A stretch of DNA of 64,000 nt from an uncultured Actinomycetota bacterium (GCA_963823755.1 CAWGMP010000026.1:12976-76975), one strand, 5' to 3'. Positions 32,639 through 42,774 are shown, counted from the stretch's first letter. The notes: generated from the sequence alone by a model not told the origin. Numbers and translations are program-made.

Positions 32639-34771
32639 ATGGGCGCAAAAGGGAATGGTGAACGTGCTGATTATGCGGTAGCGACGCAGGACCCGTCGCG
32701 GATCCGCAATGTGGCCCTGGTCGGGCCGTCCGGGGCAGGGAAGACCACATTGGCAGAGGCGCTGCTGGCGGCCACTGGTGTGATCAGCCGCCAGGGCACG
32801 ATCGCGGACGGCACCACGGTGTGCGACCACGACCCTGCCGCGGTGCGCCAACAACGGTCGGTGACGCTGGCCATCGCACCTCTGCAGCACGCCGATATCA
32901 AGATCAACTTAGTCGACACCCCCGGCTATGCCGACTTCGTGGGCGAGCTGCGGGCGGGGCTGCGGGCGGCCGACGCCGCACTGTTCGTGATCTCGTCAGG
33001 GGAGGGAGTCGACCCCGCCACGGTCGGGTTGTGGCAGGAGTGCGCCGCGGTCGGGATGCCCCGGGCAGTGGTGGTGAGCCGGCTGGATCACCCACGGGCC
33101 GACCTCGACGGGGTGACCACCGCATGCCAGGCGGCCTTCGGCGACGGGGTGTTGCCCCTGTACCTGCCGGTGCGCGACGGGGCCGGCGCAGTGACCGGTC
33201 TGGTGGGGCTGCTGTCGCAGCGACTGTTCGACTACCGCAATGGATACCCACCGGTGGAAAGGGCGCACAGCGGGCCGGAGGGCCCCCTGGATACCGACGA
33301 GCTCACCGTGGCCCGCAACGAGCTCATCGAAGGGATCATCGCGGAGAGCGAGGACGAATCCCTGATGGAGCGCTATCTCGATGATGCCGAACTCGACATC
33401 GGTGTGCTGGTCGACGACCTGGAGACCGCCGTCACCCGCGGCTCGTTCTACCCGGTGATCCCGGCCTGCGCCAGCACCGGGGTGGGGCTCGCCGAACTCC
33501 TCGAGGTGCTCACCGGCGCCTTTCCTGCTCCGAGCAGGCACACTCCTCCCCCGGTGTGCCGCCCCGACGGCTCGGCGCACCCCGCGGTGGACGTCGACCC
33601 CACCGCACCACTGGTTGCAACGGTGGTACGCACCACCGTCGACCCGTACCAGGGCCGGGTATCACTGGTGCGGGTGTTCTCCGGAACGTTGCACCCGGAT
33701 CGCCCCGTGCACGTCTCCGGGCACGGGCTGACCGACCGCGGGCACGCCGACCACGACGTCGACGAGCGAGTAGCGCACGTCTACACCCCGCTGGGTGGCA
33801 CACTGAGCGAAGTACCGCAGTGCGTGGCCGGCGATCTCTGCGCGGTGACCAAGGTGGTGTCCGCCGAGACCGGGGACACCCTGTCGTCACCCGACGATCC
33901 CCTGCTGATGGCTCCGTGGACGATGCCGGAGCCGCTGCTGCCGGTAGCGGTGGTGGGCCGCAGCCGTAGTGACGAAGACGCGCTGGCCCGGGGGCTGGGT
34001 CGGTTGGTCGCCGCGGATCCGACGTTACGGCTGGAACGCAACGCCGAGACCCACCAGATGGTGCTGTGGTGCACCGGCGAGGCGCACGCCGACGTCGTGT
34101 TGTCCCGGCTGCGCGCCGCGGGCGCCGACGTGGACACCCAACCGGTGATGGTGCCACTGCGGGAGACCTTCGCCGGCCCCAGTAAGGGCCACGGGCGGCA
34201 CGTCAAGCAGTCCGGGGGGCATGGCCAGTACGCGGTATGCGACATCGAGGTGGAGCCGCTGCCCCGTGGTGCCGGGTTCGAGTTCGTGGACAAGGTGGTT
34301 GGCGGAGCGGTCCCGCACCAGTTCATCCCGAGCGTGGAGAAAGGCGTCCGGGCGCAGATGGAACGAGGTCTTGGCAGCGGTTTCCCGCTGGTGGACGTCC
34401 GGGTCACGCTCGTCGACGGTAAGGCGCACAGCGTGGACTCCTCCGACGCGGCCTTCCAGATCGCGGGGTCGCTGGCGCTCAAGGACGCCGCGGAGAAGGG
34501 CATCGTGGCCACGCTGGAGCCGCTGGACGACGTGGAGGTGCGGATGCCCGAGGACCACCTGGGCACCGTGCTGGGCGACCTGTCCAGCCGCCGAGGCCGG
34601 GTGCTGGGCACCGAGACCGCACAGGCCGGCTGCATGCTGGTCCGCGCCGAGGTGCCCGCAGCCGAGTTGCTCCGCTACGCCGTCGACTTGCGCGGACTGA
34701 CGTCGGGCACTGCCGTGTTCACCCGACGTTTCTCCCGCTATGCCCCGGCGCCGTCCAGCGCGAGTCCGTAG
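32639..34771 (+). CDS. elongation factor G-like GTPase (EF-G paralogue)
   Basis: ATG at 32639. G1 motif VGPSGAGKTT, DTPGYADF, and EF-G domains II-V. About 710 aa. Confidence 0.85.
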   Translation: MGAKGNGERADYAVATQDPSRIRNVALVGPSGAGKTTLAEALLAATGVISRQGTIADGTTVCDHDPAAVRQQRSVTLAIAPLQHADIKINLVDTPGYADFVGELRAGLRAADAALFVISSGEGVDPATVGLWQECAAVGMPRAVVVSRLDHPRADLDGVTTACQAAFGDGVLPLYLPVRDGAGAVTGLVGLLSQRLFDYRNGYPPVERAHSGPEGPLDTDELTVARNELIEGIIAESEDESLMERYLDDAELDIGVLVDDLETAVTRGSFYPVIPACASTGVGLAELLEVLTGAFPAPSRHTPPPVCRPDGSAHPAVDVDPTAPLVATVVRTTVDPYQGRVSLVRVFSGTLHPDRPVHVSGHGLTDRGHADHDVDERVAHVYTPLGGTLSEVPQCVAGDLCAVTKVVSAETGDTLSSPDDPLLMAPWTMPEPLLPVAVVGRSRSDEDALARGLGRLVAADPTLRLERNAETHQMVLWCTGEAHADVVLSRLRAAGADVDTQPVMVPLRETFAGPSKGHGRHVKQSGGHGQYAVCDIEVEPLPRGAGFEFVDKVVGGAVPHQFIPSVEKGVRAQMERGLGSGFPLVDVRVTLVDGKAHSVDSSDAAFQIAGSLALKDAAEKGIVATLEPLDDVEVRMPEDHLGTVLGDLSSRRGRVLGTETAQAGCMLVRAEVPAAELLRYAVDLRGLTSGTAVFTRRFSRYAPAPSSASP

Positions 34772-35271
34772 CTGGGCGAAGCGGGCTCAGCGATGTCGAA
34801 ATAGCGCGGTGCTGCGGCGGTACCGGCCAGCCGCAGCCAGCGCACCATGCGGTGCGAGCGCAGCGTCAGGGTGTCGCGCACCGCGTCGTTGTAGACCCGC
34901 CGGGCAATCAACACCCGCTGCTCCGAGTCGGCCAGCCGGTCCACATCGGCGGGTTCGATCCCCCGGCGGTCTACTACCGCGAGCAGTTGGCTCAGTTCGT
35001 TCTCGATCTCCTCACGGACGGCTGACCCAGGTCGACGTACCGAGGCCGACCCGACCTGCAGCGCCGCATCGACGGCACGATGCAGCGCAAGGCCCCCACC
35101 GAGACCCTTGATCGCAGCGGCTCGGCGACACAGCGCGGCATCCAGAGCGGCCCACGCCGCGTCAGTCCGCACATGCAACCGATCCAACCGGGTAGCCGCG
35201 CGAATCGCACCCACCCCACCCGCCGCGGCGACCAGCAGCCCGGCGGTCACCGCCACCCGGGCAACTCGCAT
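34738..35271 (-). CDS. membrane-anchored hypothetical protein (weak LemA-like resemblance)
   Basis: 177 aa with an N-terminal TM helix followed by a helical region (RTDAAWAALDAALCRRAAAI). Its 3' end overlaps the convergent EF-G-like gene by 34 bp. Confidence 0.45.
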   Translation of the reverse strand: MRVARVAVTAGLLVAAAGGVGAIRAATRLDRLHVRTDAAWAALDAALCRRAAAIKGLGGGLALHRAVDAALQVGSASVRRPGSAVREEIENELSQLLAVVDRRGIEPADVDRLADSEQRVLIARRVYNDAVRDTLTLRSHRMVRWLRLAGTAAAPRYFDIAEPASPSYGLALDGAGA

Positions 35272-35280
35272 CGCACGACC

Positions 35281-36453
35281 CTAGCCAGACCGGTACCGGT
35301 GGGGCCCAGCGCCAGGTCCGGATGCGAGCCGGCGTGGGTCAGCGGCCACCGCCGTCTCGTAGACCTGCAACACCCGCCGTGTTACCACCGGCCAGTCCCA
35401 CATCGCCACCCGCCGACGCCCTGCGGCAGCTAGCGCGGCGCGCCTTTCGGGATCACCGAGTAGGTCATCGAGCGCCTCGGACAACGCGACCGGCGATCCG
35501 ACGGGGACCAGCACACCAGCCTGCCCACCGTCGAGCACGAGTCGGAAGGCATCGAGGTCGCTGGCCACCACGGGGGTGCCGGCGGCCATCGCTTCGGTGA
35601 GCACAATGCCAAAGCTCTCCCCGCCAGTAGCGGGGACGCACAGCACGTCCACGCTCGCCAGCAGTGCTGCCTTACCCTCGTCGCTCACCGCACCCAGCAT
35701 TCGGATCCGGGACGCCAACGCCGGGCCTGCAGCGCGCAGCAATGCCGCGGCGTCCCCGTGGCCGACCACCAGCAGACGCAGGTCCGGCCACGTTCGGGCC
35801 ACTGTCCGCAGCGCCGCCAGCAACACCAACATGCCCTTACGGGGCTCACCGAAACGGCCCACGAAACCGACCGTGCCGCCAGTCCGCGGGAACCCGGGCA
35901 GCGGTCGCGCCCCGGCGAAATGCGACACGTCGACCCCGTTGGGGATCTCCACGGCGTCCCCGCCGAGGTATTCCACCTGCACCCGCCGGGCCAGCGAGGA
36001 CACCGCGATCCTCGCGGTGATCTTCTCCATCGTGGGCTGGAGCAGACCATGCGCCGCCGCCAGCGCCCAGGACCGAGCGGTGGCGAAGTGGAAGGTCGCC
36101 ACGACGGGCCGATCAGCCAGCGCCAGGGCGATCAACGACAGGCTCGGTGCGGTGGGCTCGTGCAGGTGCAGCAGATCGAAGTCGTAGTCACGTAGCCAGC
36201 GCCGAGCCCGGTTGACAGCGACCGGGCCGAAAGCCAGCGGGGCCACCGATCCGTTGTAGGGCACCCCTACAGCGCGACCCGCCGCCGTGACGAACTCCGG
36301 CAACGGGCTGTCCGAGTTGTCCACCCGAGCCGGAGCGAGCACCTCCACCTGGTGGCCCAGGTCGCGCAGGCCCTTGGCCAAACCCAGCACATGCGCCTGA
36401 ACCCCACCGGGTGAGGCGAGGGAATACGGGCAAACCATCCCGATCCGTAACAA
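35281..36453 (-). CDS. pimA: GT4 glycosyltransferase, phosphatidyl-myo-inositol mannosyltransferase PimA-like
   Basis: The N-terminus LRIGMVCPYSLASPGGVQAHVLGLA matches the PimA N-terminus as I remember it (MRIGMICPYS..PGGVQSHV). Contains the GT4 EXFG motif (GGESFGIVLTEAMAAG). The start is probably TTG 36453 or ATG 36438. Confidence 0.8.
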   Translation of the reverse strand: MLRIGMVCPYSLASPGGVQAHVLGLAKGLRDLGHQVEVLAPARVDNSDSPLPEFVTAAGRAVGVPYNGSVAPLAFGPVAVNRARRWLRDYDFDLLHLHEPTAPSLSLIALALADRPVVATFHFATARSWALAAAHGLLQPTMEKITARIAVSSLARRVQVEYLGGDAVEIPNGVDVSHFAGARPLPGFPRTGGTVGFVGRFGEPRKGMLVLLAALRTVARTWPDLRLLVVGHGDAAALLRAAGPALASRIRMLGAVSDEGKAALLASVDVLCVPATGGESFGIVLTEAMAAGTPVVASDLDAFRLVLDGGQAGVLVPVGSPVALSEALDDLLGDPERRAALAAAGRRRVAMWDWPVVTRRVLQVYETAVAADPRRLASGPGAGPHRYRSG

Positions 36454-36460
36454 GGTCCCA

Positions 36461-37357
36461 CTATCTCGCGTCACGCTGCGGTGTGGCGGGCAGGTCCTCG
36501 ATCCACAAGGGCTGGAGCATGTGCCAGTCCTGCGGGTGCGCCGCGATGTCGGTAGCAAAGCAGTCCGCCACCGTCCGGGTGGCCTGCATCACAGCCGATC
36601 GGTCCGGCACGGGTACCGGCGGGTGGAAGCGAATGCCCCAACCGTCAGGGGTGAACCAGCAGCCGACCACCAGCAGCGTAGCGCCGGTAGCCACGGCCAG
36701 CCGGGCCGGTCCCAGCGGCATCCGGGCGGCGCCGCCGAAGAATTCCACGGCCACACCGGCACCAGTGAGATCCCGGTCGGCCAGCAGGCATACCACTCCG
36801 CCCGCGCGTAGCCGACGTAGCAGGCGCGGGGTTGGACTACCCGCTCCCGTCAGCGGGACGATGTCGAAGCCCAGCGCGGCACGATAGTCGACAAAACGCT
36901 GGTAGAGCGCCTCCGGCGCCAAGCGCTCGACAACGGTGCTGAAGACTCCGTGATGAGCGACGAACCACAACCCGGCCATATCCCAGTTGCCGCTGTGTGG
37001 CAACACCACCACCACCCCGCGGCCCCTGGCCAGCGCGTCGTCCAGGTACTCCGTCCCCTCCATCGCGCCATCCAGCCGATCTACCAGTGCGGCGTGGTCG
37101 GTCGACGGCAGCATGAAGATCTCCTGCCAGTACCGGGCATAGGAGCGCAGTCCGTCGCGGACCAGCGCTTCGAGTTCCACCGGGCTGGCATGGGGCACCA
37201 CCCGGGCCAGGTTTCGGCGCAGCTGGCGGGCACCGGCGCCATCCCGCCGCGCGGCCAGATCGGCACCAGCTCGAAACGCCCGCGTGGTCAGTTGTTCAGG
37301 CGCAAAGCGGAGCAGTTGCCATCCGGCCGCGTATCCGACGTCAGTGAGCCTGGTCAA
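36461..37357 (-). CDS. patA: lysophospholipid/lauroyl acyltransferase family protein, PIM acyltransferase PatA-like
   Basis: TTG at 37357 overlaps the pgsA1 stop (TTGA) and has a GAAGGGAAG RBS. Contains the HSGNWD acyltransferase motif. The 484-aa ORF in the track is an out-of-frame upstream extension. Confidence 0.75.
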   Translation of the reverse strand: MTRLTDVGYAAGWQLLRFAPEQLTTRAFRAGADLAARRDGAGARQLRRNLARVVPHASPVELEALVRDGLRSYARYWQEIFMLPSTDHAALVDRLDGAMEGTEYLDDALARGRGVVVVLPHSGNWDMAGLWFVAHHGVFSTVVERLAPEALYQRFVDYRAALGFDIVPLTGAGSPTPRLLRRLRAGGVVCLLADRDLTGAGVAVEFFGGAARMPLGPARLAVATGATLLVVGCWFTPDGWGIRFHPPVPVPDRSAVMQATRTVADCFATDIAAHPQDWHMLQPLWIEDLPATPQRDAR

Positions 37358-37968
37358 CCTTGCTTCCCTTCTCTGGCGCTGCGCCGCACGGAGAGCATCC
37401 GTTGTGTCACCGTCACCAGCTGTAACCCGGCGAGCAACCACAGCGCGACCTCCAGCGCGAAAGGCACCCCGAGCCCGGTCAACCCAGCCCCCACCAACGT
37501 GATGATGAACCGCTCCGCCCGCTCCACCATTCCGCCGTCCGCGGACAGCCCAGTGGCTTCTGCCCGAGCCTTGATGTAGGAGATGACTTGGGCACTCACC
37601 AGGCAGAACAGTGCTGCCACCGCCAGCGGTCGATCGTCTCCGACCCCGAAGCACCACCAGGTCAGCGCAGCGAACAGCGCACCGTCGGCGATCCGGTCGC
37701 AGGTGGCGTCGAGCACGGTGCCGAACGGGGTGCCGTGCCCGCGGGCCCGCGCGACAGCTCCGTCGAGTAGGTCGAACAGCACGAACACCGTCACCCCGAT
37801 GGTGCCCGCCAGCAGCTGGCCGCGGGGGAAGAACCACAACGCCGAGGCCACCGTCCCCGTCGCGCCGATGAACGTGATGGCGTCGGGGCCGATACCGGTC
37901 CGGAGCAGCCAGCAACCCACCGGATCCACGAACCGGGAGATCGACGCACGGGCGAAGATGTTGAGCAT
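37354..37968 (-). CDS. pgsA1: CDP-alcohol phosphatidyltransferase, phosphatidylinositol phosphate synthase-like
   Basis: ATG at 37968 (MLNIFARASISRF). Contains the CDP-alcohol motif DLLDGAVARARG...DATCDRIAD. Confidence 0.85.
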   Translation of the reverse strand: MLNIFARASISRFVDPVGCWLLRTGIGPDAITFIGATGTVASALWFFPRGQLLAGTIGVTVFVLFDLLDGAVARARGHGTPFGTVLDATCDRIADGALFAALTWWCFGVGDDRPLAVAALFCLVSAQVISYIKARAEATGLSADGGMVERAERFIITLVGAGLTGLGVPFALEVALWLLAGLQLVTVTQRMLSVRRSAREGKQG

Positions 37969-37981
37969 CGCGCGAGGACCG

Positions 37982-39070
37982 CTATCGGGGAACGGGTTGG
38001 GGATCGCCGGCGCTGGTGCAACGCTGGGGGGCCCGCAAGCCGATACCGACGAGTGCCCAGGCTCCGTCGCTGAGAGTGTGCACCATCCGGGACAGCAGCA
38101 CCACAGCGGCGACCGCGCCACTGCCTGCGACGACCGGACCGAGCACCATCAGCAGCGCGACCTCGCGCACTCCCAACCCGGCAGGGGCCACCACCAGCAC
38201 ACCGGCAGCGATGAAACCGACCGTCCAGGCCAACGCAAACCCACCCACCGCGACCGGGGGCAACAACTCGTGGGTATCGGCCCGCGCGACCGGCCTGAGC
38301 AGCAACAGCATGCTCATGCCGTAGCCCATCCAGGTCACCGCGAGCCAGCCCAGTGCCCGTAACACCGCCGGTCCGCAAACCCGCTGAGGCGGGCTGCCCC
38401 GACCTAACACGCGGTGTACCAGCCGCAGCACCGGCAACACCAGCCGCGGGTGCAAGCTGGCCAGCAACAGCGGTGCCAACGCTGCGATCCAGCCGAAACG
38501 CTCGGACACCTCGCCAGAAGCGAAGGGCAGCACCAAACCGGCTACCACCGCTCCGGTGGCAGTGTGTGCCACCACGAACAGCACCGATGCCGCTGTGGTC
38601 CGCGACGCCGGGACCCCGTATTCGCGACCCAGTCTGGCGTGCGCCACATAGGCCCACACCGTTCCCGGGATGTACTTGCCGATCTGACCGGTGAAGAACA
38701 CCCGGGCCGCGGCCGGCAGACCCAACGGGGCATCCAGTCCGCGCAGCAAGCTGCGCCAGGCCAGTCCGGAGGCGCCCATACCCGCAGCAGCAGCCAGGAA
38801 CGACCCGAAAACCGCCGCCAAGCCGATCTTTCGCGCCGCGCCCAGAGCGCCCACCCCGTCGCCGGCAACGCGCCAGACCAGGAGTCCTAAGGCCGACCCG
38901 AGAAACACTAATCGGCCACAGACCAAGAGCCGACGTCTCCAGTGCGGTGTGTGAGCGCTGGTGGCGGCGACACGACGCCGCAACCGGAGAACCTCAGCGC
39001 CGTTCGCTCGGCCGTTTTCTGGGCCGTTCGCTGGGGCATTCAGGGCCGCGTTCAGGACAACTCTTTCCAT
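37982..39070 (-). CDS. UPF0104 / LPG-synthase-TM (flippase-like domain) membrane protein
   Basis: ATG at 39070 (MERVV...). Polytopic, with the duplicated pattern GQIGKYIPGTVWAYV and APAGLGVREVALLMVL that I associate with the MprF-flippase-like family. The 520-aa track ORF is an upstream extension overlapping the HIT gene. Confidence 0.6.
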   Translation of the reverse strand: MERVVLNAALNAPANGPENGRANGAEVLRLRRRVAATSAHTPHWRRRLLVCGRLVFLGSALGLLVWRVAGDGVGALGAARKIGLAAVFGSFLAAAAGMGASGLAWRSLLRGLDAPLGLPAAARVFFTGQIGKYIPGTVWAYVAHARLGREYGVPASRTTAASVLFVVAHTATGAVVAGLVLPFASGEVSERFGWIAALAPLLLASLHPRLVLPVLRLVHRVLGRGSPPQRVCGPAVLRALGWLAVTWMGYGMSMLLLLRPVARADTHELLPPVAVGGFALAWTVGFIAAGVLVVAPAGLGVREVALLMVLGPVVAGSGAVAAVVLLSRMVHTLSDGAWALVGIGLRAPQRCTSAGDPQPVPR

Positions 39071-39597
39071 GCGTCCACCAAAAGCGCGTGGGTCTCGGCC
39101 AGCAGCTGCGGTAGCACCTTGGTTCCGCCGACGACCGGCATGAAGTTCGCGTCCCCGCCCCACCGGGGGACCACGTGCTGGTGTAGGTGCGCAGCGATGC
39201 CGGCGCCGGCGACTGAGCCTTGATTGATGCCGATGTTGAAGCCGTGCGGCGCGGCCGCTCGACGGCTGGCCAGCATGGCCCGCTGGGTGAAGGCGGCCAG
39301 CTCTGTCGTCTCCTGGATGGTCAGGTCCGGATAATCCGCGACATGCCGGTATGGCACCACCATCAGGTGGCCCGGGTTGTATGGATAGAGGTTGAGCACC
39401 GCATAGACCGTGCCGCCTCGGGCGATCACCAGACCCTCGACATCGTCCATGGTGATGATCCGGCAGAACGGACACCGTCCACCACCGCCCGCGGGACCGG
39501 ACGTGTCTCCGCGCTTGATGTAGGCCATCCGATGTGGCGTCCACAGCCGCTGCAACGCGTCCGGCGCTCCGACCCCGTCCTGAGCTTCGGCGATCAT
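39052..39597 (-). CDS. HIT family protein (Ap4A phosphorylase / Rv2613c-like)
   Basis: Histidine triad AAHLHQHVVPRW and LNLYPYNPGHLMVVP. About 181 aa from ATG 39597. Confidence 0.8.
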   Translation of the reverse strand: MIAEAQDGVGAPDALQRLWTPHRMAYIKRGDTSGPAGGGGRCPFCRIITMDDVEGLVIARGGTVYAVLNLYPYNPGHLMVVPYRHVADYPDLTIQETTELAAFTQRAMLASRRAAAPHGFNIGINQGSVAGAGIAAHLHQHVVPRWGGDANFMPVVGGTKVLPQLLAETHALLVDAWKELS

Positions 39598-39661
39598 CAC
39601 TCCACCTCCGCCCATGGGGTCGAGATGGCGCAGCAAGGTAGGTTGGCGGTCATCACTCCGC

Positions 39662-41731
39662 CTACTCTCCTATCGGCAGCTCTGCCGCGCTGGGCGAGCG
39701 GTTCTCCCGTCGTGCCACCCAGCCGGTGATGGCGCTGACGGCCTCTCCCACTCCTACGCCGTTGATCTGGGTGCCGTCGCGGAACCGGAAGGACACCGCG
39801 CCTGCCTCGACGTCCTTGCCCCCGGCGAGCAGCAGGAAGGGTACTTTCTGCGTGGTATGGGTCCGGATCTTCTTCTGCATCCGCTCGTCGGAGGCATCCA
39901 CCTCGACTCGGATCCCCCGCGCCCGCAGCGCCTTGGCCACCTGCTGCAGGTGCTCGACATGCTCGTCCGCGATCGGGATCCCGACCACCTGCACCGGCGC
40001 CAACCAGGCAGGGAACGCGCCCGCGTAGTGCTCGATGAGCACCCCGAAGAACCGCTCGATCGACCCGAACAGTGCCCGGTGGATCATGTAGGGCTGCCGC
40101 CGGGAACCGTCCGAGGCGGTGTACTCCAACGCGAAGAGGTCAGGCTCCTGGAAGTCGACCTGGATGGTGGACAGCTGCCAGGTGCGTCCCAGTGCGTCCT
40201 TGGCCTGCACCGAGATCTTGGGTGCGTAGAAGGCCGCCCCACCGGGATCAAGCACCAGCTCCAGGCCGCTGGCCTCGGCGGCCTGGAGCAGCGCTTCGGT
40301 CGCCTCCGCCCACTGCTCGTCGGTGCCGACATACTTCTCGTCGTTGCGGGTGGACAGCTCCAGGTAGAAGTCGTCCAGCCCGAAGTCGCGGAGCAGGTCG
40401 AGCACGAAACTGAGCAGCGAGCGGATCTCGCCCTGCAGTTGCTCGGGCATGCAGTAGATGTGGGCGTCGTCCTGGGTCATCCCGCGCACCCGGGTCAGGC
40501 CGTGCACCACGCCGGATTTCTCGTAGCGATACACCGACCCGAACTCGAACAGCCGCAGTGGCAGTTCCCGGTAGGACCGCCCCCGAGAGCGGTAGATCAG
40601 GTTGTGGAACGGGCAGTTCATCGGCTTGAGGTAGTAGTCCTGGCCGGGCTTGCGTACCGTGCCGTCCTCGGCCGACTCCTCGTCGAGGTGCATCGGGGGG
40701 AACATGGCATCGGCGTACCAGTCCAGGTGCCCGGAGGTCTCGAACAGCTGTGCCTTGGTGATGTGTGGTGAGTTGACGAACTCGTAGCCCGCCTCCTCGT
40801 GCCGGCGGCGTGAGTAGTCCTCCATCACCCGGCGCACGGTGCCGCCCCGGGGATGGAACACCGGCAGTCCGGAGCCGATCTCGTCGGGGAAGCTGAACAG
40901 GTCCAGCTCGACGCCGAGCTTGCGGTGATCGCGCCGCTGCGCCTCGGCGAGTAACTCCAGATGTCGCTCCAGCGCCTCGGCCGACTCCCACGCGGTGCCA
41001 TAGATCCGCTGCAGCTGCGGGTTGCGCTCGCTACCCCGCCAGTAGGCGGCCGCGGTCCGCAGCAGCCGGAACGCCGGGATGTGCTTGGTCGTCGGCACAT
41101 GCGGGCCGCGGCACAAGTCGCCCCAGATGGTCTCGCCGGTGTGCGGGTGGACGTTGTCGTAGATGGTCAGCTCCCCCGCCCCGACCTCCATGACCTCGTC
41201 AGGATCGACGCTGACGTTCGAGGTGGACCCTTTGAGGTCGACGAGCTCGAGCTTGTACGGCTCGGCGGCCAGTTCGCGCTTGGCCTCGCTCGTCGAGCCC
41301 AGCACGCGGCGAGAGAATCGCTGACCGGCTTTGATGATCTTGCGCATGGTCTTTTCGAGGATCGCAAGGTCATCAGGAGTGAAGGGCCGGTCGACGTCGA
41401 AGTCGTAATAGAAACCGTCGGCCACCGGAGGACCGATACCCAGCTTGGCGCCGGGAAAGTGCTGCTGCACAGCTTGAGCGAGGACGTGCGCACACGAGTG
41501 CCGGATGACACTGCGCCCCTCCGGACTGCTTGCTGCAACGGCCTCGACCTCGGTCTCGCTGTCAGGTGCCCAGGCCAGGTCGCGCAGGACACCCTGCGAG
41601 TCCCGAGCCACGACGGTGGCGTCTGGTCCGGTGCCGGGAGCCCCCCCGGCGCGCAGGGCCTGCCCAACGGTCGTGCCGACCCGCACCATCACGCGCAGGG
41701 CGGGCTGGACAGGGCGGACGGACGCGACCAC
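39662..41731 (-). CDS. thrS: threonine--tRNA ligase
   Basis: 689 aa with the TGS/editing motif HSCAHVLA and class II motifs ([26 protein letters not shown]). GTG start preceded by AAAGGAG. Confidence 0.96.
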   Translation of the reverse strand: MVASVRPVQPALRVMVRVGTTVGQALRAGGAPGTGPDATVVARDSQGVLRDLAWAPDSETEVEAVAASSPEGRSVIRHSCAHVLAQAVQQHFPGAKLGIGPPVADGFYYDFDVDRPFTPDDLAILEKTMRKIIKAGQRFSRRVLGSTSEAKRELAAEPYKLELVDLKGSTSNVSVDPDEVMEVGAGELTIYDNVHPHTGETIWGDLCRGPHVPTTKHIPAFRLLRTAAAYWRGSERNPQLQRIYGTAWESAEALERHLELLAEAQRRDHRKLGVELDLFSFPDEIGSGLPVFHPRGGTVRRVMEDYSRRRHEEAGYEFVNSPHITKAQLFETSGHLDWYADAMFPPMHLDEESAEDGTVRKPGQDYYLKPMNCPFHNLIYRSRGRSYRELPLRLFEFGSVYRYEKSGVVHGLTRVRGMTQDDAHIYCMPEQLQGEIRSLLSFVLDLLRDFGLDDFYLELSTRNDEKYVGTDEQWAEATEALLQAAEASGLELVLDPGGAAFYAPKISVQAKDALGRTWQLSTIQVDFQEPDLFALEYTASDGSRRQPYMIHRALFGSIERFFGVLIEHYAGAFPAWLAPVQVVGIPIADEHVEHLQQVAKALRARGIRVEVDASDERMQKKIRTHTTQKVPFLLLAGGKDVEAGAVSFRFRDGTQINGVGVGEAVSAITGWVARRENRSPSAAELPIGE

Positions 41732-41993
41732 GAGAGCTCCTTTGCGATACGGGTCTGATCGGTTGTTGATCCTATCCAGGGACTACCCAGCCGCTTTCAA
41801 GGGATGATGGGTACCCTGTGATTACCCCCACAACGAGCCTTCGAACGATTTCCGCATCGCTTAACGGGCGCTGTGGAGGGCACACCGTCGCGCAGACGCG
41901 GCGGCACGCCACCACCTGCCTGCTGCCGGCGCGACGCTCGCAGCACGAGAATCCGGGAGGCGTTCGATGTATTCGATACTCGACGTCATCAGA

Positions 41994-42031
41994 GTATCTA
42001 TGATCAGGCCGGGTATCTATGATCAGGCCGT
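41994..42031. repeat. perfect 18-bp tandem duplication (19-bp period) in the thrS upstream region
   Basis: GTATCTATGATCAGGCCG(G) is directly followed by GTATCTATGATCAGGCCG(T), in a locally low-GC intergenic stretch. It is flanked by two copies of CGGCGCGACGCT (41927 and 42039). Confidence 0.8.
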
Positions 42032-42108
42032 GCTCGTGTCGGCGCGACGCTAGGGCTGGCTGGAAAGCCGCACCCTCCTATCACGGCGGGTAAGCCGTGG
42101 AGGTGGCG

Positions 42109-42774
42109 TCAACCTGCTGGCAGCAACGAGGTGAGCATCGCCCTCGCCGGTTGGGTCACCTTGTCCAGGTGCGGCGTGACAGTCACGATTGGGGAGGGGT
42201 TTGTCCGCTCATCACGCGGGTTGGCCGGTGCCGGGTTGGCCGGTGCCGGGTTGGCCGGTGTCAGCACCCCACCCACCGGAGCGACCCGACCTACCCCCTG
42301 GGCGGCGGGATCCAGCACCGGGCTGACAGGTGCGATCGGGCCAGTCGGAGCATGGCCGGTAGCCGGTGGAGGGGAACTCCACGGTCGGGGTGCCGTAGGC
42401 GACTGCCGACGGGGTGCGGCCAGCGGGTCCACAGAGACTGGGGTGTTCCGGTGCACCTGCCCCAGCCGCGGATGAAGACCCGGGCTCGACTCGACGACTG
42501 CCTGGGCGCTGACCGACTCCGGAGCGGCAGGCGTGCGCTCGGCAGGCACCTGCCCCTGAGCCTCGCTGAGAGTGCCAGAACCGCTACCCGAGGCGAACGG
42601 GCTGTGACTGAGCAGGGGCGCACTGTCTCCCACGAGTGAGCCATCACCAACGTGGGTGGCACCGGCCAGCACGGAGCCACAGGCGAGCAGGGTTCCCGCC
42701 GCAAGACCGCAGGCTCGCCCGACCAGGACAGCACGGCCGCCGGCAACCCGGCCGGGAGACTCACCGTGGATCAT
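42109..42774 (-). CDS. secreted Pro/Ala-rich hypothetical protein
   Basis: ATG at 42774 gives a signal-peptide-like N-terminus (VLVGRACGLAAGTLLACGSVLAG). The rest is low-complexity, Pro-rich sequence with a PANPAPANPAPANP repeat. No recognisable family. Confidence 0.45.
   Translation of the reverse strand: MIHGESPGRVAGGRAVLVGRACGLAAGTLLACGSVLAGATHVGDGSLVGDSAPLLSHSPFASGSGSGTLSEAQGQVPAERTPAAPESVSAQAVVESSPGLHPRLGQVHRNTPVSVDPLAAPRRQSPTAPRPWSSPPPATGHAPTGPIAPVSPVLDPAAQGVGRVAPVGGVLTPANPAPANPAPANPRDERTNPSPIVTVTPHLDKVTQPARAMLTSLLPAG
42218..42262. repeat. 3 x 15-bp tandem repeat inside the Pro-rich ORF
   Basis: GGGTTGGCCGGTGCC occurs three times (the third copy has one mismatch), encoding (PANPA)n on the minus strand. 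Confidence 0.85.

Noticed and set aside
36461-37915. 484-aa ORF suggesting a much larger acyltransferase, and likewise the 520-aa ORF 37982..39544.
   Set aside because: The N-terminal portions overlap pgsA1 and the HIT gene in other frames and translate to Arg/His-rich nonsense. Internal starts with RBS and stop/start overlaps (TTG 37357, ATG 39070) give proteins of normal family length.
41732-42108. A T-box or other riboswitch leader upstream of thrS.
   Set aside because: I could not find a specifier loop/T-box consensus (AGAGA...GGUGNRA type) or any terminator/antiterminator pair. Only the tandem duplication reported separately was found.
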